Shown piece by piece: positions 38,372-52,200 of a stretch of DNA of 64,000 bases. The stretch's first letter is position 1; each line of letters opens with the position of its first letter. The notes below the pieces were generated by a model, which did no database searches, was not told where the DNA came from, and saw only the letters and a list, made by a program, of their open reading frames with translations. Source of the DNA: Antedon mediterranea. Lineage: Eukaryota; Animalia; Echinodermata. The stretch is taken from contig NC_092679.1 in the NCBI RefSeq assembly GCF_964355755.1, positions 11,205,432 through 11,269,431 of the forward strand, read 5' to 3'. Made by a program: the position numbers and the translations under genes.

Positions 38372-40008
38372 ATGATGTCATATTGTTCCAGAAGTTATTA
38401 TCGTTCCAGAAGTTTATCGACTATGTCTTTAGCTAAATTTGGATTTACCTTGTCTAACAAACGGAAACGTAATGAAGAAAACCGACCACCAGCAACACCG
38501 GCTACCAAGAATTCTAAAGCCAATGTCAAGCAAGCCGGACATTTTCGGAACGAGTGGATGAGTACTTTGCAATAATGTTGGATGAAACAACCGATATTAG
38601 TGTGAGCGAACAATTGACTTTAAATTGCCGTTTTTTGGACGCATCTGGTAATCTCTGTGTTAGATTTTTTAAGCTAATTGAGCCACTAAAGCCAGTACTG
38701 GATAATAATACGGAAAACGTTACACTTAATGCCGAGACAATTGCCAAGCACGTAACTGCGTATTTTGCTGCAAATTAACTGAATTTTGACAATTTGTGCG
38801 GAATTGGGACAGATGGAGCAGCCGTGATGACCGGCAAACACAACGGAGTTGTAAAACGTCTCCAGAATCATGCAATTTCTGCAATTGGAATACACTGCTG
38901 CGGACATAAGACTTCAATTGGCTACCTCTCAAGCAGCAGCCGCCGTTCCTTTTGTGAACAAGTTTAACTCTATTTTACGTCAGTTGTATGACTTCTTTGA
39001 CAATAGTGCCGTTCGTACCGCAGGTTTGCATTCTGTACAGGCAGTTCTGAACGAAAAGATCCTCAAACCAATTGAACCTTCTTCAACACGCTGGCTTAGT
39101 ATTGAACATTCTGTGACGCGACTGAGGGACAGTTTCAAAAGTGTCTTAGTAAGCCTTGAGCGAGAAGGAGAAGAACGTGGTGACGCGAAAGCTGTTGGAC
39201 TGTTTTATCTTAGCAGAACTTATCGTTTCATTGCTACGATGATGTTATTGTAAGCAAATTATGCAAGGCTTTTCAGGCACGGCAATATGAATTTGGACTA
39301 ATTAAGCCGCTGGTGAAATCTACGATTAGAACAATTGAACAAATGAAGACTGTAAGCGGTGAAAATTTGAAAGCACTACCAAAGTTAATTGACAGTCTCA
39401 AAGCCGCTGACATCGATGTTAAAGAACGTTGTGACGACAAGGACTATTTTGAAAACCACATCTGTGCAAAATACATCGACACGCTAGTTTTGAACATTAC
39501 CAATCGTTTTCACACTGCTGATGTTAGTATCCTGTCTAAATTTAGCGTCTTTAATCCAGAACTTCTTGATTCAGCTGACCCAACCTACGGAAACGACAGT
39601 ATCACTGCTCTTAACAAACACTTTAAATCAACCGCCACTAATGCAGAAATTGTTAATGAATGGACACTTTTCAAAAACTACGCACATGAAAGTCTCCTGA
39701 AGCAGCCAAATTTGAAAGTAGACGCTGTAGTGGAATACCTGTGCAAAACCAAACTGGCTCGGGAAATATTTCCAAAATTAAATGTAGCAAAACTCGCAAA
39801 GATTTACAGGACTTTACCTTGCCACACAGCAGATTCAGAAAGAACATTCTCCCAATTGAAACTGATCAAAACTGTACATCGAAATAGACTTAGCCAAGCT
39901 AGCCTTGATGGATTAGTACGAATTGTAATTGACGGCCCTTCTGTGGAAGATTTTAACTACGAGGGCACTGTAAAACGATGGGCTCAAAAGAAACATAGAA
40001 GAATTTGA
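38372..40008 (+). pseudogene. hAT transposase (ZNF862-like), internally deleted and frameshifted
   Basis: MLDETTDIS, GTDGAAVMTG, IHCCGH, STRWLS, TADSERTFSQLKLIKTVHRNRL (dimerisation domain). Confidence 0.92.
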
Positions 40009-40829
40009 GTCAAAACTGACTAGACTTTAATGAAATCCAAAAAAAAATGCTTTCAAGAAAAAAGGTTTTTGATTTCTCTAAAGTTAATAATCTAAATAAT
40101 AATGATGACTATTTTTGTATGTATATTGCAGTATATTGAATAAATTATTATTATATTGAAAATTGTTTCTTTGTTATTCAATCATTGATTGTTTTTTATT
40201 TTTAGTTATTAAACAATGCGTCCTCTGTGTTGATTGCGCGCTAAACTTTATTTAACCTTTTTTCTTTGCTGCGCCACGCATGCAGCGGCCTATCACGCAC
40301 TCTTGTATAGTAAGCCGATAGTCTCACACACTCTCATCAGCAGCGACCGGAGATGAGCGTTTGTTTACACATGTAGCGATTATTCCGCGAAAACCACGTG
40401 TAACGTACGTTGCGTGTATGATGATAGGTGTACTGCTAGCCGTTTTGTAAACATTTCAACGGTCCGCCGACAATACAATCGAAACGTTATCCTGTCTACA
40501 TATATCTTCACTACACACTTAATGTTTTATTGGCACATCATCGATAATTAAGCCTGCTTTAATACTAAACTAAACAGTTGAGTACCGTACTACTAACTCT
40601 AGGCCAACAAGCTTGGTAATAAGACTAGACACTAGAAAAAGCAACATTACATAAATACATACTAGTCTATTGGAAAATAAAAACAAAACAAAAATTTTTT
40701 AATCAATTTTATTTTTATTTTAGGGTGGGGGGGGGGGGGAAAAGACTAAAGTCGTAAACTCCCCCCCCCCCCCCCTCGGGTTTAATCGCCGACCGGCACT
40801 CCTGGCATGCTGGTGAGAACCCTGTAGTG

Positions 40830-41250
40830 GACTACACTTATGTTTACACATCTATTAACAACAATAAATTAGAATCCTTTTCAGCACATCAACCTGCTTG
40901 CCTCGACCAATTGAAAAGGAAGATATCTGTATTGCCAACGCTCAATCAAATTTATTTCAAAAAAAAATTTCGTATGGTTTCACACAAAAAAAAAAAAGTT
41001 ATGTTGAAAAACAAAAGCTTTTTAAGTGTCCAAGAAATGTTGCAGTTTTCTATGCCTCATTGAAAAGGAAAGAATACATAAAATATAACAACATCACTTT
41101 TAAAGAATCTGGTTGTTTATTTGGAAAATACACAAAACAGTATCTTAAGTTGCCACTACATGAAATGTATAAACAAATGTAGTTGAATATAAGCAAAAAG
41201 AAAAGTTCAACCATTCACGAAGGATAGCAGAGCTAAAAGTCTACAACTTT
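40830..41250 (+). pseudogene. 3' continuation of the USP/RAG1-like gene: BRCT-like end and HMG-box-like segment
   Basis: The frame KQAIRKHCHVV|DYTYVYTSI joins across the hAT. Then CPRNVAVFYASLKRKEYIKYNNITFKESGCLFGKY. Confidence 0.6.
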
Positions 41251-41749
41251 GTTAGTAGGCCACAATATAGTGTAGTAAGGGAATGGCAAGAAACACCAAA
41301 CTAAACTCAAAAGTCAGTAACGTTGTTTTGATCACAAACACTGAACATCTTGCGAAATAGACTTATCCAAACACAGCGATGATTAGCCAATAAGACTTAT
41401 TTATTTTTCTTTTTGTGTCATTCTCTACAGTTTTTTTCCATGTAGTTTCTAGTCGTTCTCTTGACTTTTTACATAGATTCGGACACAGGTTTTTGCGCTG
41501 GAATATCAGTCTTTGGTCAAGTAAATGCTGTGATTTATTAATGCAAGGATGGAAAGCCTTTTTCTGTTATTATGTCATTTCTTGTCTCAAGTTGTCTAGA
41601 TATTTGCAGTTCTTCCATCCCTCATCCATTTATTTTTATAGTGTAGTCCTCAAATTCAAATTGCTCTGATTGAAATGCTTTTTTTTTTTTGCTTGCCATA
41701 AAAGAAAAATATAACATTTAAAACAATATAGTTATATAGCAATGTATTG

Positions 41750-43075
41750 CGAAAACATTTTTAATTCTTGCTTGCATACAGGACTATTGTACATATTGTG
41801 GATGATTTTTTTAAATTTTAAGTGTAGTAAAATAGTTTGTGTACTTTTAATTGTAAAGTTGTGTACAATATAGTGTAGTACTGTACTGGAAACAAAACAC
41901 AAAACCCAGTAACTTAATTTCATGGCGCTAATTCCTGTTGTCTTTTTAAAAAAGAAAATTGCTCCGAATGAAGTATTTACCTTAATAAATATTTGTTCGC
42001 TTCAAGTTAAAATACGGTATGCATTAAATTAATGCGTACATAACTACTAATTTATTTGAGCAATGTTTAAAATTCAAATTGCTGTAGTTATCAAAATGCT
42101 TTCTTTTTTTGCTTGCCTTTTTAAATGCTTGCATACAATACTGTATTGTACATATTCAAATCAAGTGTAGGACAATAGTTGTGTACTATTTTAAAGTTGT
42201 GTGATAAATTCAAAAGTATTAATGTATAAAATCTGTATGCATCAGGTTTTTCATCCCACATTGGTACTTGTGTACCTGAACGTAACATTTACATTCCAAA
42301 CACAGCAAGTTGATTGTCATTTTCTACTTTAGCCTGTTACTGTACGATAAGTAATATTATTATTGTTCAATGTGATGTATTTTATTCATTACCTCTTCTA
42401 TTTTAAATAATTTTGTAAACAAAAACTTAAATTGCTGTAATCTACTTTTCTATAATAATACTATATTACAAAAACATTTTTAATTCTTGCTTGCATACAA
42501 GCATATTGTACATATTGTGGATGATTTTTTTTAATTTTAAGTGTAGTAAAATAGTTTGTGTACTTTTAATTGTAAAGTTGTGTACAATATAGTGTTGTCT
42601 TTTTAAAAAAGAAAATTGCTCCGAATGAAGTATTTACCTTAATAAATATTTGTTCGCTTCAAGTTAAAAGATGCATTGAATTAATGCGTACATAACTACT
42701 AATTTATTTGAGCAATGTTTAAAATTCAAATATTTGTTCGCTTCAAGTTAAAAGATGCATTGAATTAATGCGTACATAACTACTAATTTATTTGAGCAAT
42801 GTTTAAAATTCAAATTGCTGTAATTCAATGCTTTCCTTTTTTGCTGGCCTTTTTAAATGCTTGCATACAATACTGTATTGTACATATTCAAATCAAGTGT
42901 AGGACAATAGTTGTGTACTATTTTAAAGTTTTGTGATAAATTCAAAAGTATTAATGTTTAACTCTGTATTCATCAAGTTTTTTATCCCACATTGGTACTT
43001 GACCACAGCAATAAGTATTATTATTATTGTTCAGTGTGATGTATTTTATACATTACCTTTTTTTAAAAAAATAAT
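41750..43075 (+). repeat. Imperfect ~720-bp tandem duplication of AT-rich non-coding DNA
   Basis: aaaacatttttaattcttgcttgcataca... occurs at about 41752 and 42472. The second copy has an extra internal ~84-bp duplication (42645-42815). Confidence 0.85.
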
Positions 43076-43846
43076 GTTAGCTTCATAGCTAAGTATTTTG
43101 AAAAGCAAGAGTAGTACAGTACAGGTACATGTACAATGTAAATCACTGTATTTTATATCTGGTTTTTGATTTTTCATGTAGCCATTAATAGTTTTATGTT
43201 TTTTTTTCATTCCAACCCACAAGTACGTTGGTTGTCATTTTTATTTATACCGTAGTTCATTGATTTTTACAAATGTTTAACAGCAATAGAAATACTTTAT
43301 TTTATATCTAGTCATTACAACTATTGCAAACTACTACTCTGCTTTAATTAGCAAATCAAAATAATGTGTTTTTATAATTCTATTTATATATAACTGTAAA
43401 GGCTTGTTGATTTGTTGGAATAAATGTTTTATGATGATTGTGACAACATATTGTATATTTTAGTTTTTATTTCGCTTGTTACCAACATTTTGGAGTTTTA
43501 TCTCAATCTACAGTACTCATGTAGCATGAAGTAGTTCCAGTAGTCTATCACCTGGCAAAGATTTATTGGCTTTTTATAAAACCTGACATGCCATCAACTA
43601 ACACCTAATTTTTGCCCTGGTACAAGGACATTCTAACCTGGTTGCAAACAGGACATTTGTGTAAAGGAGAAAAGTAACTCATGTGACATAAGTCTAGAAA
43701 AGGTTAGAACTGTTTTTAATGCAGGTACAATTGTACACAACGAAATAAAAGATTCACCTGCTATGAGTTGTAATTGGCCTCCAACATCAGACGATATAAA
43801 TTTGAAGGAAGCAATAAAGATGATTCCATTTCACCTTTACAACTTA

Positions 43847-46800
43847 GGCGCCTTCGGTAAATTATTTTACAAGAACGCGTTTCGATTTTGACCGTCGTTG
43901 AAATGTGTTTGACAATCAACCGTTCTAATTAGTGCATCTAATTGAATATTCATGAAGAGGACCACGTTCCCGACACGCCTTTCCAAACGGAGCCGGAGCG
44001 TTGTAGCGCGTTTGTGTCACGCAAACGGCTTCCCTCTTTGTCTTGCCAGTTCAAACAAAACATCGACGTTCGAACACGTTTGTGTCACAGAGTCGCGTTT
44101 TCTATTATCTCGAACTCTTGCAAACTAATCGGGGAACCGCCTTTCGCGGCAAACATCATGGTATAATCGGACAGGCCGTATACGGTGAAGCCAAAACAAC
44201 GTCTAATATTAATAATATGGTGAAGCATAAACAAACGGTTTTCGTAGATTTTAAAGTGAAATAAAATGTACAGTGCTGTATTTGTAGCGCAATGATTATA
44301 TAACCGATCGGCAGTTCACAAATTGTAAAAATAACCGCAATTTATAGCTAGGCCTAGTTGATCGCGAGCGAGTGACAGCAAATTAGCCAAGTTCATAAGA
44401 TATTTATGGGCAGAAGTGCTTCATACCTAAACGAAAACTTTTGTAGAGTTAATGACTTACATGGTCACTTCACTCGTGGTAGTAAACTCAATTTCGTTGT
44501 ACCTAAAGTCCAAGGCATAGAATGCAATACATTCTATTTTAATGCAATCAGAGAATGGAATAACCTTCCTGACTATATTAAACAAATTTCCAACACATCT
44601 AAATTTAAAACTGAATTGAAACAATATTACAAAATTAAACATAGATAAATTATTATTGTGCCATTATATCAGATGTTTTGCTTATTATATGCTTATATAT
44701 TTATGAACCCCGTCTTATAATGTTTGTTTTGTTAAAATTATAATTACTATCTTTTTAGGGACCACATTGGAATTAAGTTGTTTTACTTTAAACGACTTTA
44801 TGTGTTTTCCCGTGCATCGTCAGACCTCATTAATCCCGCCATTTTTATTTGCTTTTTTAATGTATTTTAATATTTAAGGTGATTATATATATTATTGACG
44901 TATTTTTAATGTTATGTATTGAGATGCCAAATAAATGAAAGAAAGAAAATAAACACCCCATACATAATGGACTCTACCAATTTTGTTTACGATGATCTCG
45001 CGCTTGAGATCGGCACACCACGAGGTCCTGTTGGGCGATGAGTTTTCTTATGCCTGATTTACCTGTGAAATAATTACACACACTTTTCGCATCTTTAAAT
45101 ACTGATTTACACAGCAATGGGAAAAGGATTCATCAAGGAAGAATACGTTGAATAAAAATTCACTTAAGAAATGCTGTAAGCTGTTTTCAAACTATAAATC
45201 AGCTCACTATTTAGTATTATGAGACCAATCATGCTTCTCGCGATAGGGAATTTCCTGGATAGATGAATCGAGCGAGAGACGGCGGACCATGGCCGATGAG
45301 TGAGGCGGGGGTAGCAGCTTGGACGGATTAGTCTAGGGCCTACAATTTCGCTCGGTGGCAATTAAATTTAATGTTTTAATAATTACGTCTGGATATATAA
45401 ACAATACAAAACTAAGTTTTGTCATCGGCAATAATATTTTATACATAGTCAATTTTGTTCTGTTTCAAATTTGAAAAGTTTGACGTTTCATCCTAAAAAA
45501 AAGTGGGCCGAAACGTCCATCGCGCAAAAATATACCTTCATAAAAAGGTAAAAAAAAACACAAAAAAACGCCCTCCTTCCCCTGAAAATTGTTGAGGGTG
45601 TGACGCTTAACAAGTATATTTTTTTATTTGGCCTTATGACAGTATTAATATTGCGCTATTTACCGTTACTAAATACTAGATATATAAATTTATATTTCAG
45701 AGTTAAAAAAAGTTTTAAAAAATCGTCGGTAATTTAATCTGAAAGAAATCTATTTTAACAGTACGGTGTTTGAACGTTATAATTTCCAGCCATTAAATAA
45801 ATTTCACACGATGTAAACGAACGTAGAGACACGATCCAACAAAATGAACTAAGCCAACAAATAAAAATAATATAGCGAACGTCCAGTCGATCCAGAAACG
45901 ATCCCGACAAAAAAAGATCGTCAACAATTTTCGTTGTGACACGCGCACTCATCATTTCCGATATGTTTTGGTACGCGCGCAGTCGGTCGCTCAAAAAGAC
46001 TGCCGACAGAAGACCGTAATTAATACAGACCTAGTTTTTTTTTGGTCACATGGCATGAAACACGATACTCTCTGTTTACCGCAACCTCTTACATGTTTTT
46101 TTTTTAACTCGGTACCAGGGGTGGCTAATTACGTGTAGCTGAATTTTGTGTCACATGACATGAAACGTAATATAATACTCTCTTAGCTGCTCTAAACTGT
46201 TCCCGCAATTCACATGTTTTTTTCCCTCCATCCAAATTCTAGTCGGGCATTTTCTTTAATAATTTAAAAGGCATATCTTAAATCTTAACATGGAATATAT
46301 ATTTATCTTGCATATATTTTGTTGGTGTCCTAGCCTAGGTGTTGTTTTTTATAATTCGCTAACCTAAGTGTAGGCCGCATATTATTACATTGCAATGTTG
46401 TTGACGGGCTGTGCGGGGCCGTATCATCAAGGAAATCCCCACAGACAAGGAATCGCGTTTGTAGCGATATTGTACGCATTGTTGTATATTTTTCCGTAAT
46501 TCGGTAAGGAGTATAACTCCACGCGCAGCATGGAGTATAACTCCATGCATGGTGTTTCTCCATGGTAGGCCTAGGCCTCCTCTAGAGACTAGGCCCTAGT
46601 ACCAAGCTTTAAAAAGTAATTTTTATGTAAAGTACGTCTTGACAAACGGTGGGCGTGTGAAGAACAATATTCCATTATCTGGAAATTTAATAGTCAATGA
46701 AGGAATCGTACAAAATAACAAACAATAATGCTGCTCAGTCAAACGTTCAATGGGGCGGAGCAACATGCCAAACGTGAATAAACGCGTCCAAACGGGGTTC

Positions 46801-46904
46801 CCCCAAATGGTCTGCCAAACGCGTCTTCACGACCTTTGTCGAAATACAATAGCAAACGTGCCTGAACGCGTTCTTGTCGTTTGAAATAATTTACCGAAGG
46901 CGCC
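43847..46904. mobile_element. Non-autonomous PIF/Harbinger-type element
   Basis: 21-bp TIR GGCGCCTTCGGTAAATTATTT; TSD TTA. The Academ frame is restored on removal. Confidence 0.88.
44385..44953 (+). mobile_element. 3' fragment of a CR1/L2-group LINE
   Basis: ORF 44406-44648 (TFYFNAIREWNNLP...FKTELKQYY), 3' UTR, AATAAA(GAAA)n tail. Confidence 0.75.
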
Positions 46905-49208
46905 TTAATTGCATGGTGCATTGGTGCCACATTTGAACCAAACATGGCAACTTATGTTGATGTATCTCCTGAGACCCATGTTAAAATTTTATCCATTTGC
47001 CAGGACATTGTTTATTTAACATCAAAAGGTAAATAGCAAACTCTGAAGTCTCTTGGACTTGGATTGACAATACGACACTTGACTGGTTCATCCCAAGTGT
47101 TGAGTCTGTTGAATAAATATGGACACTGTGCTTCATGGGACACCATTATCGACATGGAAACAAGTATAGCAAAACTTCAGCTATTAACTGTAAATGAAAT
47201 TCCAAGTGGGTTTGCTAAGCATGCACCAACAGCTCTTGTTTAGGACAATATTAATTTTGGAGAAGAGACCCTTTCGGGTCATGGAACAAATCACCACACA
47301 AATTGAATAATGTTGCAAAGGAACATCTGTTCCTCAAACACAAGCCTACACAAAGTAACTATAAAAAAAGACAGTCGTTCACTAAAGCCTCCAGTTTCAA
47401 TAATAAATCCATATCATCGAACAAAAAGACAAGGTCCGCAAAAGCTTGGTCAGCAGGCACAACTTGAAAAAAAGCCTTTTCAAGTATCACTCATTCCAGC
47501 CCTAAAAACAGAATTGGTATTTATTTGTGCAGTTTAGAAAAAGTGAACCTGGCACAGTTCCTGGTTGGACAGGTTTTAACATAATGTTACAAGGTGAAAT
47601 GAACCTGAAAAAGACAGCAATTCATTATCTGCCATTAATTGAGGCCTCACCAACACAAATGTCAACTGTGAAAACCATTATGGAAAAAAAGCATTGCTAT
47701 AACAGATCGTCTTGAGCTAGAGCATGTTGTTCTAGTATTCGACCAAGCAATATATGCAAAGGTGCAAGAAATAAGATGGAAGAATGATGTATATGCAGCG
47801 TACTGTTGTTCGATTAGGAGAATTGCACACATGCATGTCATGGGGGTGATTGGCAGAAGATTTAAAGATGCAGGACTACAAGATTTACTTATAGAGGCTG
47901 AAGTTATTGCACCAGGCTCAATTAATGGTGTGCTAAGTGGCCACCATTACAATAGAGTAAGATCACACAAGCGTGTGTATGAAGCCCTTCAGCGGATAAG
48001 GTTAACCATGTTTCTTGAATCTTTGCCCACTAATGAAAGAGATAAGTATGCAAAAGTTATTTTTTGGGTCAACGAAGCATTCTCTTCAGATTCATTAAAT
48101 GATATTTTATGTTCTGAATTATGTTGTAATTCTTTATATAGTTTTTTTAATTAAAAAAAAAACATAATTATTCATATGTAATATTTTCTTAATTTAATTT
48201 AGATAAAATAGTTTGTTCTTAGTAGATATGTTTTAATGCTATATGTAATTCATTTTATTAATATTTTACATTTAAAGTCTTGGTCTACTATTAATTATTA
48301 CTTGAGAAATTTTAACCCACAGATATTTTATTTTATTTAGATTTGATTTTCTTTTATTTACAGCCATTTACTACAACTGCACGGTGCACAGTGGCATTAT
48401 ACGGGTAAAATTTTCTTTTATCACATACTTTACTTACATATATTTTTGCCTTTGATCAGTTTTTTTTAGTTTTGCAGGTGTTCAATAGACAGTACAGTAT
48501 GTTCAGACCAACTTTTCGGCGCAGTGAAGAAGGTGCCTTAATTCTTGAAGATACATCTGCTGCTGTAGTATTTAACAGCTTGAGAAAACGACCAACTGGC
48601 AAGTGTCTAACTCCTGATGATGTACGCCAAGATGCCTTGAAGGAGGTTTGCAGGCTGGGTGGAAACACCAAAGATGAATGTGATGTGTTGGGCTGCTACA
48701 AGTTTCAGCATAGTAAATACAGTGGACAAACATTCAAGTGGATGGTCGAAAATGTACTGGAATATGCAGTATGTTTTGTAATTAAAATGGCTAATGAAAT
48801 TCCAAGTACAAGTTCACTTAGTATTAACAAATTCAACTTTAAGAGGTACTTACAGTCTTTCCCAGAAGGCAAAGAAGCCATAGCAATGAAAGAAATAAAA
48901 CGCCGCAGGAAATGCCCAACTAGACAGACATCGTACATACCTGTTGGTATTAAGCTACAAAAGGTTGAGGATGTCACAGATGAAACACTTTCTGGTACTG
49001 ATGTTTCTTTGCAACCATCAACCTCATATGCACCAGGTAAGACTTATTCCATATTTGTGTTTTTTGTGCATTTTCTAAATTACTAATTTTAGGTTTTGCA
49101 TTTTTAGTGCCTGTGTATGTTGTAGGTTTGCTGGGTTTAGGTTTTTTTTTTATGCATTCATTTATACTCAATCATAAAATTGTGTTGTTTAAATACATTG
49201 CTTTATAA

Positions 49209-52200
49209 GGCGTCATCTCCACTAAATATCGGACGAAGTGTATCGCGTCTAAAAATAGCAGTCCGTCTGCACGCGACCGTAATTTAATTTATCTCATTAA
49301 ATTCTAATTTACATATTCATGAGGATTCCAGTTGTAGCCCCGCCCTTCAATACCGACGCAGAAACTTGCGACCGGTCGCGTCTGTACGTTGAAAGATTTA
49401 TCGAACTCTGGTGCGTCCGCTTGCGAGTGTTGTGTGATGTCACCGGGTAGCCAGGCAGTCGCGAAACTAGGCTACTTCGGTCGTCCGTTCTGGGAACGCG
49501 AGGTGTCCCTTTGTACAAATGGTTCAACGGGCCCGGCTCCTTGCGGTTTACGCGTGATATATCATGTTCCATCCAGGTACCAAAATACGTAGTTACTTTC
49601 CAGGCGAAGTTTACCGAAGCGTACCTCGTGTACTTTGTATGTACGCTACACAGCAAAAGAGTACACACATTTACGATTAACCCTCTCTGTACAGTGGGGT
49701 ACACCTACAATAAATGTTGTATTACAGGCCTACTGTATAGGCCTACATTTTGTATGACAATTGAACCAGATTGCCAAATTCCTCAATAAAAAGTTATATT
49801 TAGAGACAAGTTAAATAATATTCTTCGGTTTGTGTCGGCTATCTATAAAGAGTGATTTGACCTTTTGATCACGCACCATCGTGTATAAAACAAAAACAAT
49901 TATATACAGTAGTAATAATAACATGGTTATAAACTTTGATTTACTTCGTCCGGTCGCGATAGTATGCGTGTACTATAGAATGTAGATCATGTGATAATAA
50001 ATTCGGTCAACACGCTGCGTCTGCTCCAGACTACCTTCGCCGGTTTGCGACCTGTTTGTGTACGGCGTATCAAAAATGTCATATTTTTGTATGGAGACTC
50101 CATGGTCTCCCGTAATATCTTGTTTTTGTGATATTTTTGTGATGCCTTTTCTGAATTTTTATTTTTGCCATTCGCCTTTATAAAACAAACATTAAAGTAA
50201 ACCTTTATTTTGTTAACGGATGAAATATTATTTACTCCATGGTTAACGTATGACGGATAAATGACACATAAGCGTTTTATTAATTTTGTAGTGTGGGATA
50301 GCAATTCTAATTACAGTATTAACCTTTTGTATTATAATCCTTTTGTATTTCGACACTGTTTATATGAAGCTATTTGACACAGCTGTTAAATTGTTAATTT
50401 CAGAAGCCATTGAATTTTCGCTTTGCGTTGGCTTTTGTTACTGACTGCTTATTTTTAATATACATCCTTGTCTAATAAGTTGTGCATTATGTAATAATGC
50501 GGGTAGGGTGCATACTTTATTTTACTTTTAACATGACATCAAAGAAAAATAGTACTGTATGAGAATACCACCCAACAAAAAATCAGCTTTGGAAAAGGCA
50601 GTTCTGACGACCTAAAGAGCCAAAAACGGTATAGTCATACACACATTTCCCTGTAAATGATAAATAAAAGGTTGAGAACATTTTGCCGTTTTCTTTACTA
50701 ATATGGATATCATAATTATAATGCTTTCTCTAGCTTGACAGTTGTCATTGGTGAAAACCATAGAAATATTATAATATCTATATGGTGAAACGTTGGCTGT
50801 AATTTACAACTAGTGCGTTCAAACCATAACAATAACTAAAGTATATGTCCCCTATAACATACGATTTCATTCGACATTTGTTTTTTATTTTTGTGTCTTA
50901 GTTCTGAGTGTGATTAGGCTAATTGCACCAAAACCTTGTGAATGCGAGTTTGGTGTATATCCAGCTTTTCACAGTTCAAATCCCTGGTTTAAGTCCTGCT
51001 GAGGAATTTTTTTTCCTTACTAAGGTACTTAGGTAAAAAACTTCAAACAACGGTGGTCAAACTATGGTAAAATTACTCTTAAGATTTATTTAATATAATT
51101 TATTGTAACGCTCACAAAATCGAAACGCCCAGTCGTTTCATTTGTTCGAAAAAGCACCTTCAAGTCTATTGACAAATTTGTTAATTGACACTTCGAGTGA
51201 AAACCAAAACCGGCCTCCTGTGAAACGAGCAATTGTAGACAAATTCCCGCAAATTATTGAAATAGCAAAAATTTGTTTTTGTTTATGAATGTACCCAACA
51301 ATCCGGGCGTTTTCCAAAAATCGCAGAAGAGCATCTATTTTAGGGAGGCTTTTACAATGTAACTCTGTTATTATTTATTATTTAAATTGTTAAGGCTGTT
51401 TCGGCATTGTTATGTTTAATTAATTACCTAGTTGTTTTAAATTCTTAATCATAAGAAACACCGTCGGCATTGATGTAAAATGATCTCAAAATCGGTTTTT
51501 TAGTGAACTGCTAGTGTTAAAAGAAAGGAGAAATTTTCAAAAGCCGGCGACCTGGTACTCAGCAGTCCAAACACAAGAGAATTACTTGTCCAAAAAACTT
51601 CATTTTTGTACGAGAGACAAGAGTTATAATTTGTGATTCGTAATTTTAAAATTTAATTTGATTTAATGTATAGGATTTTGATACGAGTAAATTCACCCGC
51701 TTGTTGGTTGTGAAGTTTTGACAGGCGCTTATTAAACTACAGTATAGGGAACATCTATCTATCCCCTTCGGCTTATTTGTTACAATTTAAAAACTCACAA
51801 CTCAGTAAAGTGGTACAGTCCTACTGTACATGGTTAATTAAGTACCACTGTCTTCAGGCAGATGTTTAAGAACATTAGTTTAAGAACATTAAACGTATTG
51901 ATAATAAATAAAAGGGGATTGTATTGTGTGCAGGAAAACGGAAGCCAACAGAAATAATATAGCGCGGCGGCTATACTCGTAACTTAATTTATCGGAAAAT
52001 ATTTTGAACTCAGTCGCCATAGTGTTTTACACGTAAAAACCACACAATGGCCAGTCTCATACTCCATGCTCATACCAGATAATATTATACATACAAGTCA
52101 ATTAAATAGAGAATAATATTTTTATCTAAAGAGAAAATGGGATTCCAAAACAGGTACAAAAGCCGATGATCCGATCGAAATACATGTTGTACAAAAATAA

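Larger units (their letters stand above)
29633..40824 (+). mobile_element. hAT transposon (hAT5-like, 5-bp TSD) carrying nested inserts
   Basis: Perfect 14-bp TIR CAGGGTTCTCACCA / TGGTGAGAACCCTG; TSD TAGTG; subterminal CCGACCGGCAC motifs. Confidence 0.92.
43560..48130 (+). pseudogene. Academ transposase fragment
   Basis: WPPTSDDI..IPFHLYNL|IAWCIG, IRHLTGSSQVLSLLNKYGHCAS, DNINFGEETLSG, VPGWTGFN, FDQAIYAK, LSGHHYNR. Confidence 0.85.

Noticed and set aside
25256-43560. RSS-like TIRs or a RAG2-like partner for the RAG1-like gene
   Set aside because: I found no CACAGTG heptamer/nonamer ends and no kelch/PHD ORF by eye in the flanks.
21661-45633. One 24-kb Zator-like element bounded by GGCCAAATAAAA inverted ends with TTA on both sides
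   Set aside because: The right end lies inside the Harbinger-type element 43847-46904, which has its own intact TIRs and TSD. TTA is just a common target, so these are more likely two independent copies.
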